This document shows, one piece after another, positions 18,796-28,184 of a stretch of 64,000 nt of DNA; positions within the stretch are counted from its first letter, which is position 1, and each line of letters begins with the position of its first letter. A program made the translations under genes and the position numbers. The DNA is from an uncultured bacterium (GTDB lineage: Bacteria; Krumholzibacteriota; Krumholzibacteriia; LZORAL124-64-63), in the NCBI GenBank assembly GCA_963727525.1, contig CAVSGO010000005.1, positions 64,001-128,000 on the forward strand. The letters run 5' to 3'. The notes beneath the pieces were generated by a model. The model was not told the origin of the DNA and ran no database searches. It saw only the letters and a list, made by a program, of their open reading frames with translations.

Positions 18796-21006
18796 TCAGA
18801 AAGTCCAGGTCCCTCTCACGTTCCAGTTCGTCGGCGTATTACGATCTCCATGCTGCTTGACCAGAGTCCACTCCGCACCACCCTCGAAGCGCAGATGGCG
18901 GCGCGCCTTCCATACGGCGCCCCAGCCCGCGCCACGCTGCACGTAGTCGGTGCGGGTGTCCTGCTGGTCGGTGAGATAGAGTCGCAAATTCATGCTGCCA
19001 CCTGGCAGCGGGGTCCAGCTCAGGGTATTGCGTAGCAACCAGGCGTCTTCGTCGCGCACCTGGTACAGGACCTGACTGTTGAAGAACACGAGCGGCCGGA
19101 TGGACCAGTTGACATCGAGGCTCGTGTCGTTGAACGGCGTGAACCCGGAGCCCGCCTCCTGGTTGACCCAGCGATCGGCGCGACGCAGGTGCAGATCGAG
19201 GTAGGGCCGCGGCGCCCCGCGCACGTCGGACACGAGTACCCAGGAGTGGCTCTGCCCGTCCACGTCCTGCGCATCGCGAATGCCATAGGTGACCTTCTGG
19301 GCGAACGTGAGCCGCGGCTTGGCGTCCCAGGTCACGTCGCCCGTCCAGGAGTTCGTCGTACGGCGCTGGATGTCGCTCTGATCGTTCACGCGCGACCAGG
19401 CGACGCGCGCGCGCAGATCGGCCCGCCGGGCCGTGGCGACGGACACGTGCTGGGCCGTAACGTCCGTATTCTGCCGGGACGCGCTGATCACACGATTGAT
19501 CTGGTGGTCGGCCGACACAACCACGGGACCGGGCCGCCACGAGGCGCCGAACACATGGGCCATGCCGTAGACGTCGCGATCGTCGGTGTCGTAGTGGCGA
19601 CCAGTGAGGCTGGTGCTGTAGCGCACGCCGATGGTGGTCGTCAGGTCGTAGCCGATGTCGCCCTGCACACGATAGCGGTCGAGCGTGGAACGCACGCGCG
19701 TGTCGCCGCTGCCGGGCGCCGGTTCGTACACCTCCATCTCGTTCACGTAGAGGTCGGCCTCGGTGGGGCCGAACTTCTGATCGACGAGCTTGAGGCGACG
19801 ATGCGCGATCGGCGTGGCGAAGGTGAAGACCCAACCTTGACGGTTATCGGCCATCTCGTCCCAGACGACCGACACCTGACCCGCCGACAGCGGGTCGCCC
19901 CACTCACGCCCCTCGGGATCGTCGCTCACGTAGACCGACCAGGCGATCAGATCCGGGAAGCGGACGATGCGGTCGACGTAGAGGACGACCGACGCCATGG
20001 TCTGCGCCTCGCCGAAGTCGACGATGAGGTTGCGGAAGTCGCCGCCATACTGGCGCACGATCGAGGCCGAGTCGCCGATGTTGATCACGGTCGGCGTGTC
20101 GCGATCGCCGTCGGCCAGGGCCGTCACGGCCACGGGATCGAGCTCGAGCGGATCGAGGATCCCGGGCGTATCGTCGAGCGAGTAGCCGCTCCAGATCGGC
20201 GGCACGAGGATCGTGGCCCCGCTGCCGAATGCGGTGTTGGTCTGGCGGAAACGGCTGCCGGTGGCCTGGAGGGAATACCGTCCGCGGTGGTCGGCGAAGG
20301 CCCGCGCGCTACGCAGTTGCACCTCGTGGCTCACGTACTCGGTCTCATGGCCCTGAGTCTTGGCCCGCTGATCGCTGCGTGTGAACTGGTACTGCACGGA
20401 CTCGAACCGCGTGGGGTCGACCTCCACACGGCCCGACTGACGATGTTCGCGATTCTCCCGGCTCGTGCCGTTGGCCTCGCGCCACGATCCGATCTCGAGG
20501 GCGCGCGCCTCCAGTGAGATCTGCGCGAACTCGAGGCGCGACCAACCACCGTACTCCGCGTAGTCGTCCCGGCGGGACGTGCCGTCGGCATACCAGTAGT
20601 CGCGGCGCGAAGCGAGACCCGAGAGTCCGCTCCGCCACGCGCCCGTCTCGTAGTTCAGCAGCAGGCTCGGACTCGCGTACTCCGAATGCGACTTGCTGGT
20701 CGCGCCGTCGAAGCTGCTCTCGAGATGCTGGCGCCTCGCGACGGCACTGCTCAGGAGATCCAGGCCGCGCATGAATACGATACGTTGATCGAGGCGGTAG
20801 GTCTCGGTGAGCGTGGAGTTGTCGTAGGCCGTGAGTCCGGCGCCACCGCTCTGCCACGTATTCCAGAGGTCGGCGCGCCCGTTGAGGGCGAGCGCCGCAG
20901 GCGCGAGACCGGCAACCACGACGACGAGGAACAGGCAAGACGCCTGGACGTGCGCTCTGCTGCCCGCGCAGCACTCGTCGAATCGCGTTGCCGGAAGCAC
21001 TCGCAT
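18796..21006 (-). CDS. Predicted outer-membrane beta-barrel protein with an inserted discoidin-like domain
   Basis: Signal peptide; alternating polar/aromatic strands; C-terminal beta-signal WNVRGTWTF; central segment ALADGDRDT...LIVDFGEAQTMASVVLY...LYVNEMEVY. Start uncertain (21006 or 21066). Confidence 0.7.
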   Translation of the reverse strand: MRVLPATRFDECCAGSRAHVQASCLFLVVVVAGLAPAALALNGRADLWNTWQSGGAGLTAYDNSTLTETYRLDQRIVFMRGLDLLSSAVARRQHLESSFDGATSKSHSEYASPSLLLNYETGAWRSGLSGLASRRDYWYADGTSRRDDYAEYGGWSRLEFAQISLEARALEIGSWREANGTSRENREHRQSGRVEVDPTRFESVQYQFTRSDQRAKTQGHETEYVSHEVQLRSARAFADHRGRYSLQATGSRFRQTNTAFGSGATILVPPIWSGYSLDDTPGILDPLELDPVAVTALADGDRDTPTVINIGDSASIVRQYGGDFRNLIVDFGEAQTMASVVLYVDRIVRFPDLIAWSVYVSDDPEGREWGDPLSAGQVSVVWDEMADNRQGWVFTFATPIAHRRLKLVDQKFGPTEADLYVNEMEVYEPAPGSGDTRVRSTLDRYRVQGDIGYDLTTTIGVRYSTSLTGRHYDTDDRDVYGMAHVFGASWRPGPVVVSADHQINRVISASRQNTDVTAQHVSVATARRADLRARVAWSRVNDQSDIQRRTTNSWTGDVTWDAKPRLTFAQKVTYGIRDAQDVDGQSHSWVLVSDVRGAPRPYLDLHLRRADRWVNQEAGSGFTPFNDTSLDVNWSIRPLVFFNSQVLYQVRDEDAWLLRNTLSWTPLPGGSMNLRLYLTDQQDTRTDYVQRGAGWGAVWKARRHLRFEGGAEWTLVKQHGDRNTPTNWNVRGTWTF

Positions 21007-21089
21007 CCTCGTGAATCCTGTATCGCCGCGGCGATGCGTCCCCCACAACGCGTGACTTCGCTGCACGGTGCTGTCGAAATGTGGTTAAA

Positions 21090-21169
21090 AGCGTAACAGT
21101 ATGGCGTCACGGAATCAAATAATTCCTAATTATCAGTCGGATTTCTTGACAGACAACGTTCGGATTTCT
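21090..21169 (-). promoter_or_regulatory. Sigma70-like promoter with a 10-bp direct repeat
   Basis: Minus strand TTGATT (21118-21113), 17 nt, TG-extended TACGCT (21095-21090). TCGGATTTCT occurs at 21137 and 21160. Confidence 0.55.
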
Positions 21170-21996
21170 CAGAAGCCGGCCTGGGCGACCTGCGGCGACG
21201 GCACGCCTGGCGACGCGAATTGATGGCAACCGAGGCAGAGATCCCGCGGTGGGTCGAACGGGATCAGAAGGTCGCGCGTGGTCGCCGTCAGCAAGTGGCA
21301 CGTCTGGCACTCGAGCCGCCCCGCCGGCAACGGTAGGCGGCTGTCGAGATCGGCCCGCAAGCGGCTGCCGGGAATCGTCTGCCCCGCACGCACCGCGATG
21401 CCGAAGGGATGACTCGCGTGCTCGTCGAACCGCGGACCGGTCTCGGCCCCTCGTTCACGCCAGAACGACGCTTTGTTACCGGAATGGCAACCGAGACAAC
21501 CCTCGGACGGGGAGAGCCCGGCGAGCCGCTTCGCGTCCTCGTGATAGAGTCTCGCGGCTTCACGATGCGCATCCGAGACCTGGGCAAGATCGTGCCCCGG
21601 CCCGTGGCATGACCGGCAATGGGCCGCGTCCACGGTGCGCAGACTCGCCAGCGACAGGCTGCCGAGCGGCGTCGCGACGGCATCGGGCGCATGGAAGGCA
21701 TGGCAGCGCACGCAATCGGGAGCATCCGCGCCCCCGCCCCGCACCTGGTGGAACCAGGTCGCGAGCGCACGGGTCGAGGCCGGATGCGCGCCATGGCAAC
21801 TCCGGCACGCCGCCGTCGACGCGTTCCCGCCGGCCGACGCACCGCTGGCGGAACGGAGATGGCAGAGGCGGCAATCCACTCCGGAGTGCGCCGTCGCTTG
21901 GCCCGGATCGGCCGCGCCAGCCGACGCGGCGAGGAGGACCAGGGCTGCGAGGATCACCCCCGCCAACCGGCGATGCTTGATCACGTTGCTCATCAT
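21169..21996 (-). CDS. Exported heptaheme c-type cytochrome
   Basis: Signal peptide; seven CxxCH (CRLCH, CRSCH, CVRCH, CRSCH, CLGCH, CQTCH, CLGCH); C-terminal SHPFG...LPL..G.LECxTCH module. Confidence 0.88.
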   Translation of the reverse strand: MMSNVIKHRRLAGVILAALVLLAASAGAADPGQATAHSGVDCRLCHLRSASGASAGGNASTAACRSCHGAHPASTRALATWFHQVRGGGADAPDCVRCHAFHAPDAVATPLGSLSLASLRTVDAAHCRSCHGPGHDLAQVSDAHREAARLYHEDAKRLAGLSPSEGCLGCHSGNKASFWRERGAETGPRFDEHASHPFGIAVRAGQTIPGSRLRADLDSRLPLPAGRLECQTCHLLTATTRDLLIPFDPPRDLCLGCHQFASPGVPSPQVAQAGF

Positions 21997-22040
21997 GAAG
22001 CAACTTTTCGATCAAAAATTCATTTACTTGAGGGAATTCT

Positions 22041-23343
22041 TCAGTGACTGGATTCACTGTCGAGGCGGCGCAAGACCGAGTTCACCGACTCGGCATCGCC
22101 CTCGCGCGCCACGGCCAGGGCGAGGGCGCGCGCCATCGCGAGGTCGTCCTGCTCGCCGCTGGCCCGCCGGAGATTGCCGGCCACGAGGCCGACGACCTTT
22201 CGCATGAGCGACTGGGAGAAACGGTCGAGCTGCTCGTGGTCTTCAGGCTGGAAGCGTCGCTTCTGGCGGGCCACCTCGTCACTGCGCAGCGTCTCGAGCA
22301 CCTGGGCGAGCTGCTCCACCATCGGCGCCACGCGGTGCTCGCGATACCAGGCGACGAACTCCTCGACGTGTTTGTCGATGAGCTTCTCGGCGCGCTCGGC
22401 CTCGTGTTCGCGCGCCTTGAGGTTCGCGGCGACCAGCTCCTGGAAGTCGTCGACGTTGTAGAGATAGAGATCCGGCAGACCACGCACGTCCGGTTCGACG
22501 TCGCGTGGCACGGCGAGATCGAGGATGAGCTGCGGCCGCTTGCGCTTCTTGTTGGCCGGCGCCACCCGCTCGCGGGCGAGCACCGCCTCCGGTGATCCGG
22601 TGGCGCAGACCACGATGTCGGCCCACACGAGATCATCGAAAGCCGGCGGGTACGCGGTGGGGCGACCACCGAGCAGATCGGCGACGACGCGCGCGTTCGA
22701 CTCCGGTACGGTTGGCCACGCGCCAGTTCGCCACGCCGGCGCTCTGCAGATGCTTGGCCGCCAGCCGCGCCGTCTCGCCTGCCCCCACGAGCAGAACGTT
22801 GCGGCCTGCGAGATTGCCGAAGATCCGCTGGGCCATTTGCACCGAGGCGCTGGCCACCGACACGGCGCCCTGACTGATCCCCGTCCGGTGACGTGCGGCC
22901 TTGCCCGCCTCGATGGCGCGCAGCATGGTCTTGTTGAGCACGCTGTTGGTGGTGCCCAGCTCCTGGGCCTGCATGTACGCATTCTTGAGCTGGCCGAGGA
23001 TCTGCACCTCGCCCAGCATCTGGCTGTCGAGTCCCGCGGCGAGGCGCATGACGTGGCGGACCGCCTCGTCGTCGCGCAGGATGTACGCGCTGGCGGCCTC
23101 GGCGGGAGCGAGCCCCGTCAAGTCGCACAGGAGATCGCGCAATTCGTCGGCGTGGCAGTGCTGCAGGGGCGACAGGTAGAGCTCGGTGCGGTTGCACGTG
23201 CTGAGCACGACGGCACCCTCCACGCCCTCCTGCGTGACGAGGCGCTGCACCGCCTCGGCCACTTGCTCCGAACCCATGGCTGCCTTCTCACGCACCTCGA
23301 TGCTGCTGGTGCGGTGGTTCAGCCCGATCAGTTCGAGCCTCAT
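22041..23343 (-). pseudogene. hemA: Glutamyl-tRNA reductase with a +1 frameshift near 22704 (real lesion or sequencing error)
   Basis: N-part MRLELIGLNHRT, LSTCNRTE, GLDSQMLGEVQILGQ, VGAGETA, VANRT is in the frame of ORF 22633..24099. C-part ESNARVVADLLGG, DLAVPRDVEP, LYNVDD is in the frame of ORF 22041..22982. Removing one base at 22703/22704 gives 433 aa. Confidence 0.9.
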
Positions 23344-24167
23344 ACCACCCTCCCGACGAAGATCTCCACGACCGAGACCATCAGCAGCACCACGACCACC
23401 GCCGAGAGCACGAAGCTGATCCAAGCGAGACGCTGCACCGCGAGCCAGCGAAAGCGGTCGGCCAGTACCAGCAGGGTGATGAGCACGGCGAGCAGCAGCA
23501 TGGGATGCAGGTGGCTGATCACGGGGGCATGATCGGCGGCCGGCCGCAGTCGCAACCAGATCATCGCCGACACGAGACTCACGGAGATGAGCAGCCATCC
23601 GGCCACCAGGGTCACGCGGCGCAGACGATCGAGATCGCCGAGCGACGGTAGGCGCTGGAACCACACGTCGAAGTCTCGCTTGCGCAGATGGCCGTGCAGG
23701 ATGATCTGGCCGGCGCCGAAGACGCCGCTGCCCAGGAGCATCGCGATGCCCGCGAGCGAGAGCGTGATGTGCACCGACGCCTGGCCGCCCTTCAGGCCGT
23801 CCGGCACATGGGATGGGGTCGGCCCCGCCGCGAGACCGACCAGCACCAGCATCACGACGCCCGCCAGCGGCAGCAGCGTGAACAGGCGCTGATCCACGCG
23901 CCACTGCGCATACGCCTGGCCGATCCAGACGAGGCCGCCGAGGAAGAGCGCGAGTTGCCCGAAGTTGTAGACCGGCACCTGGCCCTGCCGCAGGGTGAGC
24001 GCCACCATCCAGGCCAGGTAGAGCAGCGCGCCCAGCCAGCCCACCCCTCTGGCAGCCGTTTCGAGGCGCGTATCCGCGCGGCGTACGAGCACGATCCACA
24101 GGCCGATGAGTCCGCTGAAGAACACGAGCAGGAGCAGCGGCACGATGTGGTAGAGCAGACGATCCAT
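23340..24167 (-). CDS. ccsA: Cytochrome c assembly family membrane protein (CcsA/HemX/YpjD-like)
   Basis: About 8 TM helices; SVHITLSLAG and RLPSLGDLDRL; ATGA overlap with hemA. The canonical WGxxWxWD motif is not evident. Confidence 0.7.
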   Translation of the reverse strand: MDRLLYHIVPLLLLVFFSGLIGLWIVLVRRADTRLETAARGVGWLGALLYLAWMVALTLRQGQVPVYNFGQLALFLGGLVWIGQAYAQWRVDQRLFTLLPLAGVVMLVLVGLAAGPTPSHVPDGLKGGQASVHITLSLAGIAMLLGSGVFGAGQIILHGHLRKRDFDVWFQRLPSLGDLDRLRRVTLVAGWLLISVSLVSAMIWLRLRPAADHAPVISHLHPMLLLAVLITLLVLADRFRWLAVQRLAWISFVLSAVVVVLLMVSVVEIFVGRVV

Positions 24168-24360
24168 GATGGCGATCCTCCGTACGGGCGACGCCGCCGG
24201 CGCACGCCGCGACGCCCCTGGAATGTAAGACCTAATTCGTGGTCGCGACAGGACGACATCGCCGACGCTGTTTCCGGGGGCGCCATGTGATATGATCGTG
24301 TTCCGTTCGCGTCGAGACCGTAGGACCAAGCCGATCACACCGTTTCAAGAGAGATCCGCC

Positions 24361-26535
24361 ATGACGTACCGTCCCCTCGCGGCCCTCGCGCTGGTCGCGA
24401 TCGCCACCACCACCGTCGCCATGGCGTCGGCAGGGACCAGCCCCTGGCGCGTGAGCGCCCAGGGTCGGGTCGCCCCGGACCTGGCGCGATACCACGACGT
24501 CTCACCGCTGGGCACCACCTCCGTCGACGTCGTCCCACGTCGGGTCGATTTCCACCTGCGCAGCGCCGACGTCACGGTCACCGGCCCCGACGGCATTCCC
24601 CACGTCATGCTCGACCTGGACGGCGCCACGTTCCTGCCGGCCGAGGACGGACTGCTGGTCGCGATCGACCCCTTTCCGGCCCAGGCGCGCATCCGCGTCC
24701 TCGACCTCACAGGCCGGGAACGGCTCGTGCGGCGGGTCCCGTCCCTGTCCGACCCGGCGCTGACGAGCGACGGGCATCACCTGGTCTACCGGCGGCGCGG
24801 CGGGGTGAGCGTGCTCGATCTCGCCCGTGGCACGGTGACCGACCATGCGCCGAGCGTCCTCTTCGCGGCCGGTCCATCCGGGCGATTCGCCGGCGTCGTG
24901 GCGGACGCACCCCGCACGGTCATGATCGACGACGGCGCGACCACGTTCACGCTCGCCGTTGATGTGCGCAAGCTCGCCTGGTCGAGCGACGGCGCGCAGC
25001 TCTGGGTGCTCGATGCCCGCACGCTCTCCCTCTACACACCGGCAGAAGGCAAGGTGGCGCCGGTGCTCGCGTGCCCCGCGGGAGCCGAATTCCGCGACCT
25101 GCGGCTGGGCAGCCGCGAGATGGCGGTGGGGCTGCGGCACATCGACGGCACGATCGCGCACGGCACCCTGATCGTCCTGGACACGGCCGGTCGCGTGCGC
25201 GCGCGGCGCAATGGCCCGAGCGCCGACATCACACCGGCGGCCTTCGGCGAGAACACCCACGAGACCATCCCCTGGCCCCTGCTGCCCAACGCGCAGCACG
25301 CCGTGGGCAACACCTACGGCGAGTACCAGAACTACGGCTCGGCCTACCTGCACCCCGGCTTCGACATCTTCGGTTCGCCCGGCCAGGCCGTGTACGCGGT
25401 GAAGGGCGGCGTGGTGAAGGCCATCCTCACGACGAGCGGCGCGTACCACTGGCGCATCGCGATCGGCGAGCCGGGCAGCGGCACCAGCGAGGGCTATCTC
25501 TATGCGCACGTCGACCAGCCCACCATCGCCGTGAGCGTGGGGCAGACCGTCACTACCGGCCAGTTCCTCGGCAACCTGGTGGAATGGCCCAACGACAACT
25601 TCACTCACTGCCATTTCGGGCGCATACGCGACGCCGGAACCGTCTGGTCGGGCAGCTGGCTCAACACCGACAACCCGCATCTCGACATGGAGAACCAGAA
25701 CGACCAATCCTGGCCGGTCTTCGTGCCGGCGGTGGGCAACGACATGTTCGCCTTCTGCACCAACCAGACGTCGAGTTACCAGAGTCCCGCGGCCCTACAC
25801 GGCGCCATCGACATCATCGCCCACGTGGGCGACACCATCAACTCGAGCTGGGTGTGCGCGGTGCAGTCGATCCGCTACAGCATCTACCCCGCTGGGCATC
25901 CCGAACAGCCGGTGGTGGACGACAAGCTCGCCGTGAACTTCGACATGCTGCTGGATACCTACCAGAACAGCACGATCGACCAGTTCCTCGTGGGACTGCT
26001 CTACAAGCGTGACACGACCTGCTTCACCGAGGGCGACTACGGCGCGCGCGAGTTCTATCACATCATCACGAACTCGAACGGCGACGAGATCTACGACGCG
26101 AGCGATCTGGCCGAGGCCTGGGATACGACGCAGCTCTACGACGGCGACTACGTGGTGGACGTCACCGCGCGCGATGCTTCGGGACGCGCGGCGAGCGCGA
26201 CGATGACGGTGACGACGCAGAACGGCAACTTCCCCACGGGCGTGGGCGAAGACCTCGCACCCTCGCTCACGTTGCGGGGCTTCCCGAACCCGACGCCGGC
26301 CGGCGTGAACCTGCGCTACGCATTGCCGCGAGCGGGCGCCACGACGCTCGCGGTATATGACCTCGGCGGCCGCCTCGTCCGTCATCTCGTGGGGGGCCTG
26401 GCCGTACCGGGTGCGTACGCGACGCGCTGGGACGGGCGCAACGACGCAGGTGTGCCCGTCGCCGGCGGCACGTATCTGCTGAAGCTGACGTCCACCGCGG
26501 GCGTGCGCACGGAGAAGGTGTTGCTGGTCAGGTGA
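24361..26535 (+). CDS. Secreted protein with a beta-propeller-like N-terminus, M23 peptidase-like domain and FlgD-Ig/T9SS-like CTD
   Basis: Signal peptide; LHPGFDIFG, YAHVD and HCHF M23-like motifs; FPNPTP...VYDLGGRLVRHL...WDGRNDAGVPVAGGTYLLKL. Confidence 0.75.
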   Translation: MTYRPLAALALVAIATTTVAMASAGTSPWRVSAQGRVAPDLARYHDVSPLGTTSVDVVPRRVDFHLRSADVTVTGPDGIPHVMLDLDGATFLPAEDGLLVAIDPFPAQARIRVLDLTGRERLVRRVPSLSDPALTSDGHHLVYRRRGGVSVLDLARGTVTDHAPSVLFAAGPSGRFAGVVADAPRTVMIDDGATTFTLAVDVRKLAWSSDGAQLWVLDARTLSLYTPAEGKVAPVLACPAGAEFRDLRLGSREMAVGLRHIDGTIAHGTLIVLDTAGRVRARRNGPSADITPAAFGENTHETIPWPLLPNAQHAVGNTYGEYQNYGSAYLHPGFDIFGSPGQAVYAVKGGVVKAILTTSGAYHWRIAIGEPGSGTSEGYLYAHVDQPTIAVSVGQTVTTGQFLGNLVEWPNDNFTHCHFGRIRDAGTVWSGSWLNTDNPHLDMENQNDQSWPVFVPAVGNDMFAFCTNQTSSYQSPAALHGAIDIIAHVGDTINSSWVCAVQSIRYSIYPAGHPEQPVVDDKLAVNFDMLLDTYQNSTIDQFLVGLLYKRDTTCFTEGDYGAREFYHIITNSNGDEIYDASDLAEAWDTTQLYDGDYVVDVTARDASGRAASATMTVTTQNGNFPTGVGEDLAPSLTLRGFPNPTPAGVNLRYALPRAGATTLAVYDLGGRLVRHLVGGLAVPGAYATRWDGRNDAGVPVAGGTYLLKLTSTAGVRTEKVLLVR

Positions 26536-26564
26536 TGGCCAGCATGGGCAGGAAAGAACGGCGG

Positions 26565-28184
26565 CTATTTCAGTAGCGCGATCTCGTCCCAGTCGAGGAA
26601 GCCCTCGGGTACGTCGACCATGGCGTTGACCACCAGTTCCACGAGACCGCCGTAGTGGATGCGGGCCCGGGGCCAGGCCTCGTAATGGTCGAGCAGGTCG
26701 CGCATCTGGCCCTTGCAGTTGGAGCAAGGCGCGCACACGTAGCGCGGCGTGGCGGGGTCGTCGATGCCGGTCTGGAAGGCCTCGAGGATCTGCTGGAACT
26801 TGCGGCGGCCACTCACCTTCATGCGCCAGTCGAGGAAGTTCAGCGAGTTCATGATCGCGAATCCACTGCCGCCGCCGCAGCAGTAGTTCTGCACGCCGTG
26901 CGGCGTCATCTCGCGGAAGTCGGCGCAGGCGGCGCGGATGACCTCGCGCTGCGGCTGGACCACGCCCATGCTGCGCACGACGTTGCAGGGATCGTGCAGC
27001 GTCACGGGGAACGGATTCCGCGCCGGATCGAGCTTGAGCCGCCCATCGCGCAGGAGCTGCGCGAGCAGCGTGAAGCAGCTCTCGCGCGGGATGTTCAGAT
27101 CGCCGAGCCACACGCGATCGCCCACCGCCATGGCGGCCTTGTGTGCATGCCCGCACTCGCCGATGACTACCTTGCGCACCCCCAGCGCCCGCGCCGCCTG
27201 CGCGTGCTTCACGCCGACCCGTGCGAGCTGCACGTCATCGTAGAAGAGGCCGTAGTTCACCGAATCGTAGCCGGCGATCTCGCTACTGAGGGTCCAGCTC
27301 AGGCCGGTCTGGTGGAAGATGATCGCGAAGGCGGCCAGATTCTCGGGCCAGCTCAGGAACTCCCCCGCGTTGTGCATCACGAGGATTTCGGCACCCGCCT
27401 CGTCGACCGGGATGGCCACGTCGAGACCGAGGCGATCCTTGATGTCCTCATGCACGAACGCGACGACATCCAGGAATCCACGCGGATTCATGCCTGTCGA
27501 TGAGCCCACGCTGAGTTGCTTGACGGTGCCGTCGGCATGCAGCTCGGGCGGCGACCAGCCGAGTTCCTGGCTGAAGAGCTTGCGCAGTTCGCGCGCGATG
27601 AGACCGTTGTCCACGCCCATGGCGCAGCTCTGCGCGCAGCGCCGGCAAAGGGTGCAACGATACGACAGATCGGCCAGTCGTGCGACGAGATCCCAGGTGA
27701 CATCGATATCGTTGCCGTTCAGCCGCGCGAACAGGCGGCCCAGTCCACCACGGCGCCGACCCACCAGGCGGCGCAGCGTCTCGCCGCGCAGGAGCGGACG
27801 GTACGCCTCGTTACCGCCACTGCTCTCGTAGACGGGGCAGGCGGCGGCGCAGGTGTCGCACTTCACGCAGTTCTCGAGCGAGAGTACGAGCGGTTGCAGA
27901 AACGTCCAGTTGGCTTCGCGATCGAGCAGCTTGTCGAGACCCATCAGGAAGCGGTCCACATGGACGGCACGTTGCGCATCGCTGTCCGGACGCGCAACGC
28001 GCAGACCCACCACACCGTCGAGGCTGTGCTCGAGACGGCCGGCGGCATCGGCGGAGAGCGCCGCGATCGGTTCATCGCGCCAGTCCTCGTAGGGATGCGG
28101 CAGCGGCGGGAGCGCCTGCGGATCGACAGGCGACAGGACCTCGGCGGGTTGCGCGAGGTCGCGCGGGCGCAGGGCGTCCGTCAT
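26565..28184 (-). CDS. DsrK/HmcF/TmcB-like Fe-S protein (HdrD family, CCG domain)
   Basis: CVKCDTCAAACP and CTLCRRCAQSC ferredoxin motifs; IGECGHAHK, HDPCNVVR, YCCGGGSG, CAPCSNCKGQ. Confidence 0.88.
   Translation of the reverse strand: MTDALRPRDLAQPAEVLSPVDPQALPPLPHPYEDWRDEPIAALSADAAGRLEHSLDGVVGLRVARPDSDAQRAVHVDRFLMGLDKLLDREANWTFLQPLVLSLENCVKCDTCAAACPVYESSGGNEAYRPLLRGETLRRLVGRRRGGLGRLFARLNGNDIDVTWDLVARLADLSYRCTLCRRCAQSCAMGVDNGLIARELRKLFSQELGWSPPELHADGTVKQLSVGSSTGMNPRGFLDVVAFVHEDIKDRLGLDVAIPVDEAGAEILVMHNAGEFLSWPENLAAFAIIFHQTGLSWTLSSEIAGYDSVNYGLFYDDVQLARVGVKHAQAARALGVRKVVIGECGHAHKAAMAVGDRVWLGDLNIPRESCFTLLAQLLRDGRLKLDPARNPFPVTLHDPCNVVRSMGVVQPQREVIRAACADFREMTPHGVQNYCCGGGSGFAIMNSLNFLDWRMKVSGRRKFQQILEAFQTGIDDPATPRYVCAPCSNCKGQMRDLLDHYEAWPRARIHYGGLVELVVNAMVDVPEGFLDWDEIALLK

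Noticed and set aside
22680-22715. Programmed ribosomal frameshift in hemA
   Set aside because: No slippery heptamer or homopolymer at the junction; a simple indel is more parsimonious.
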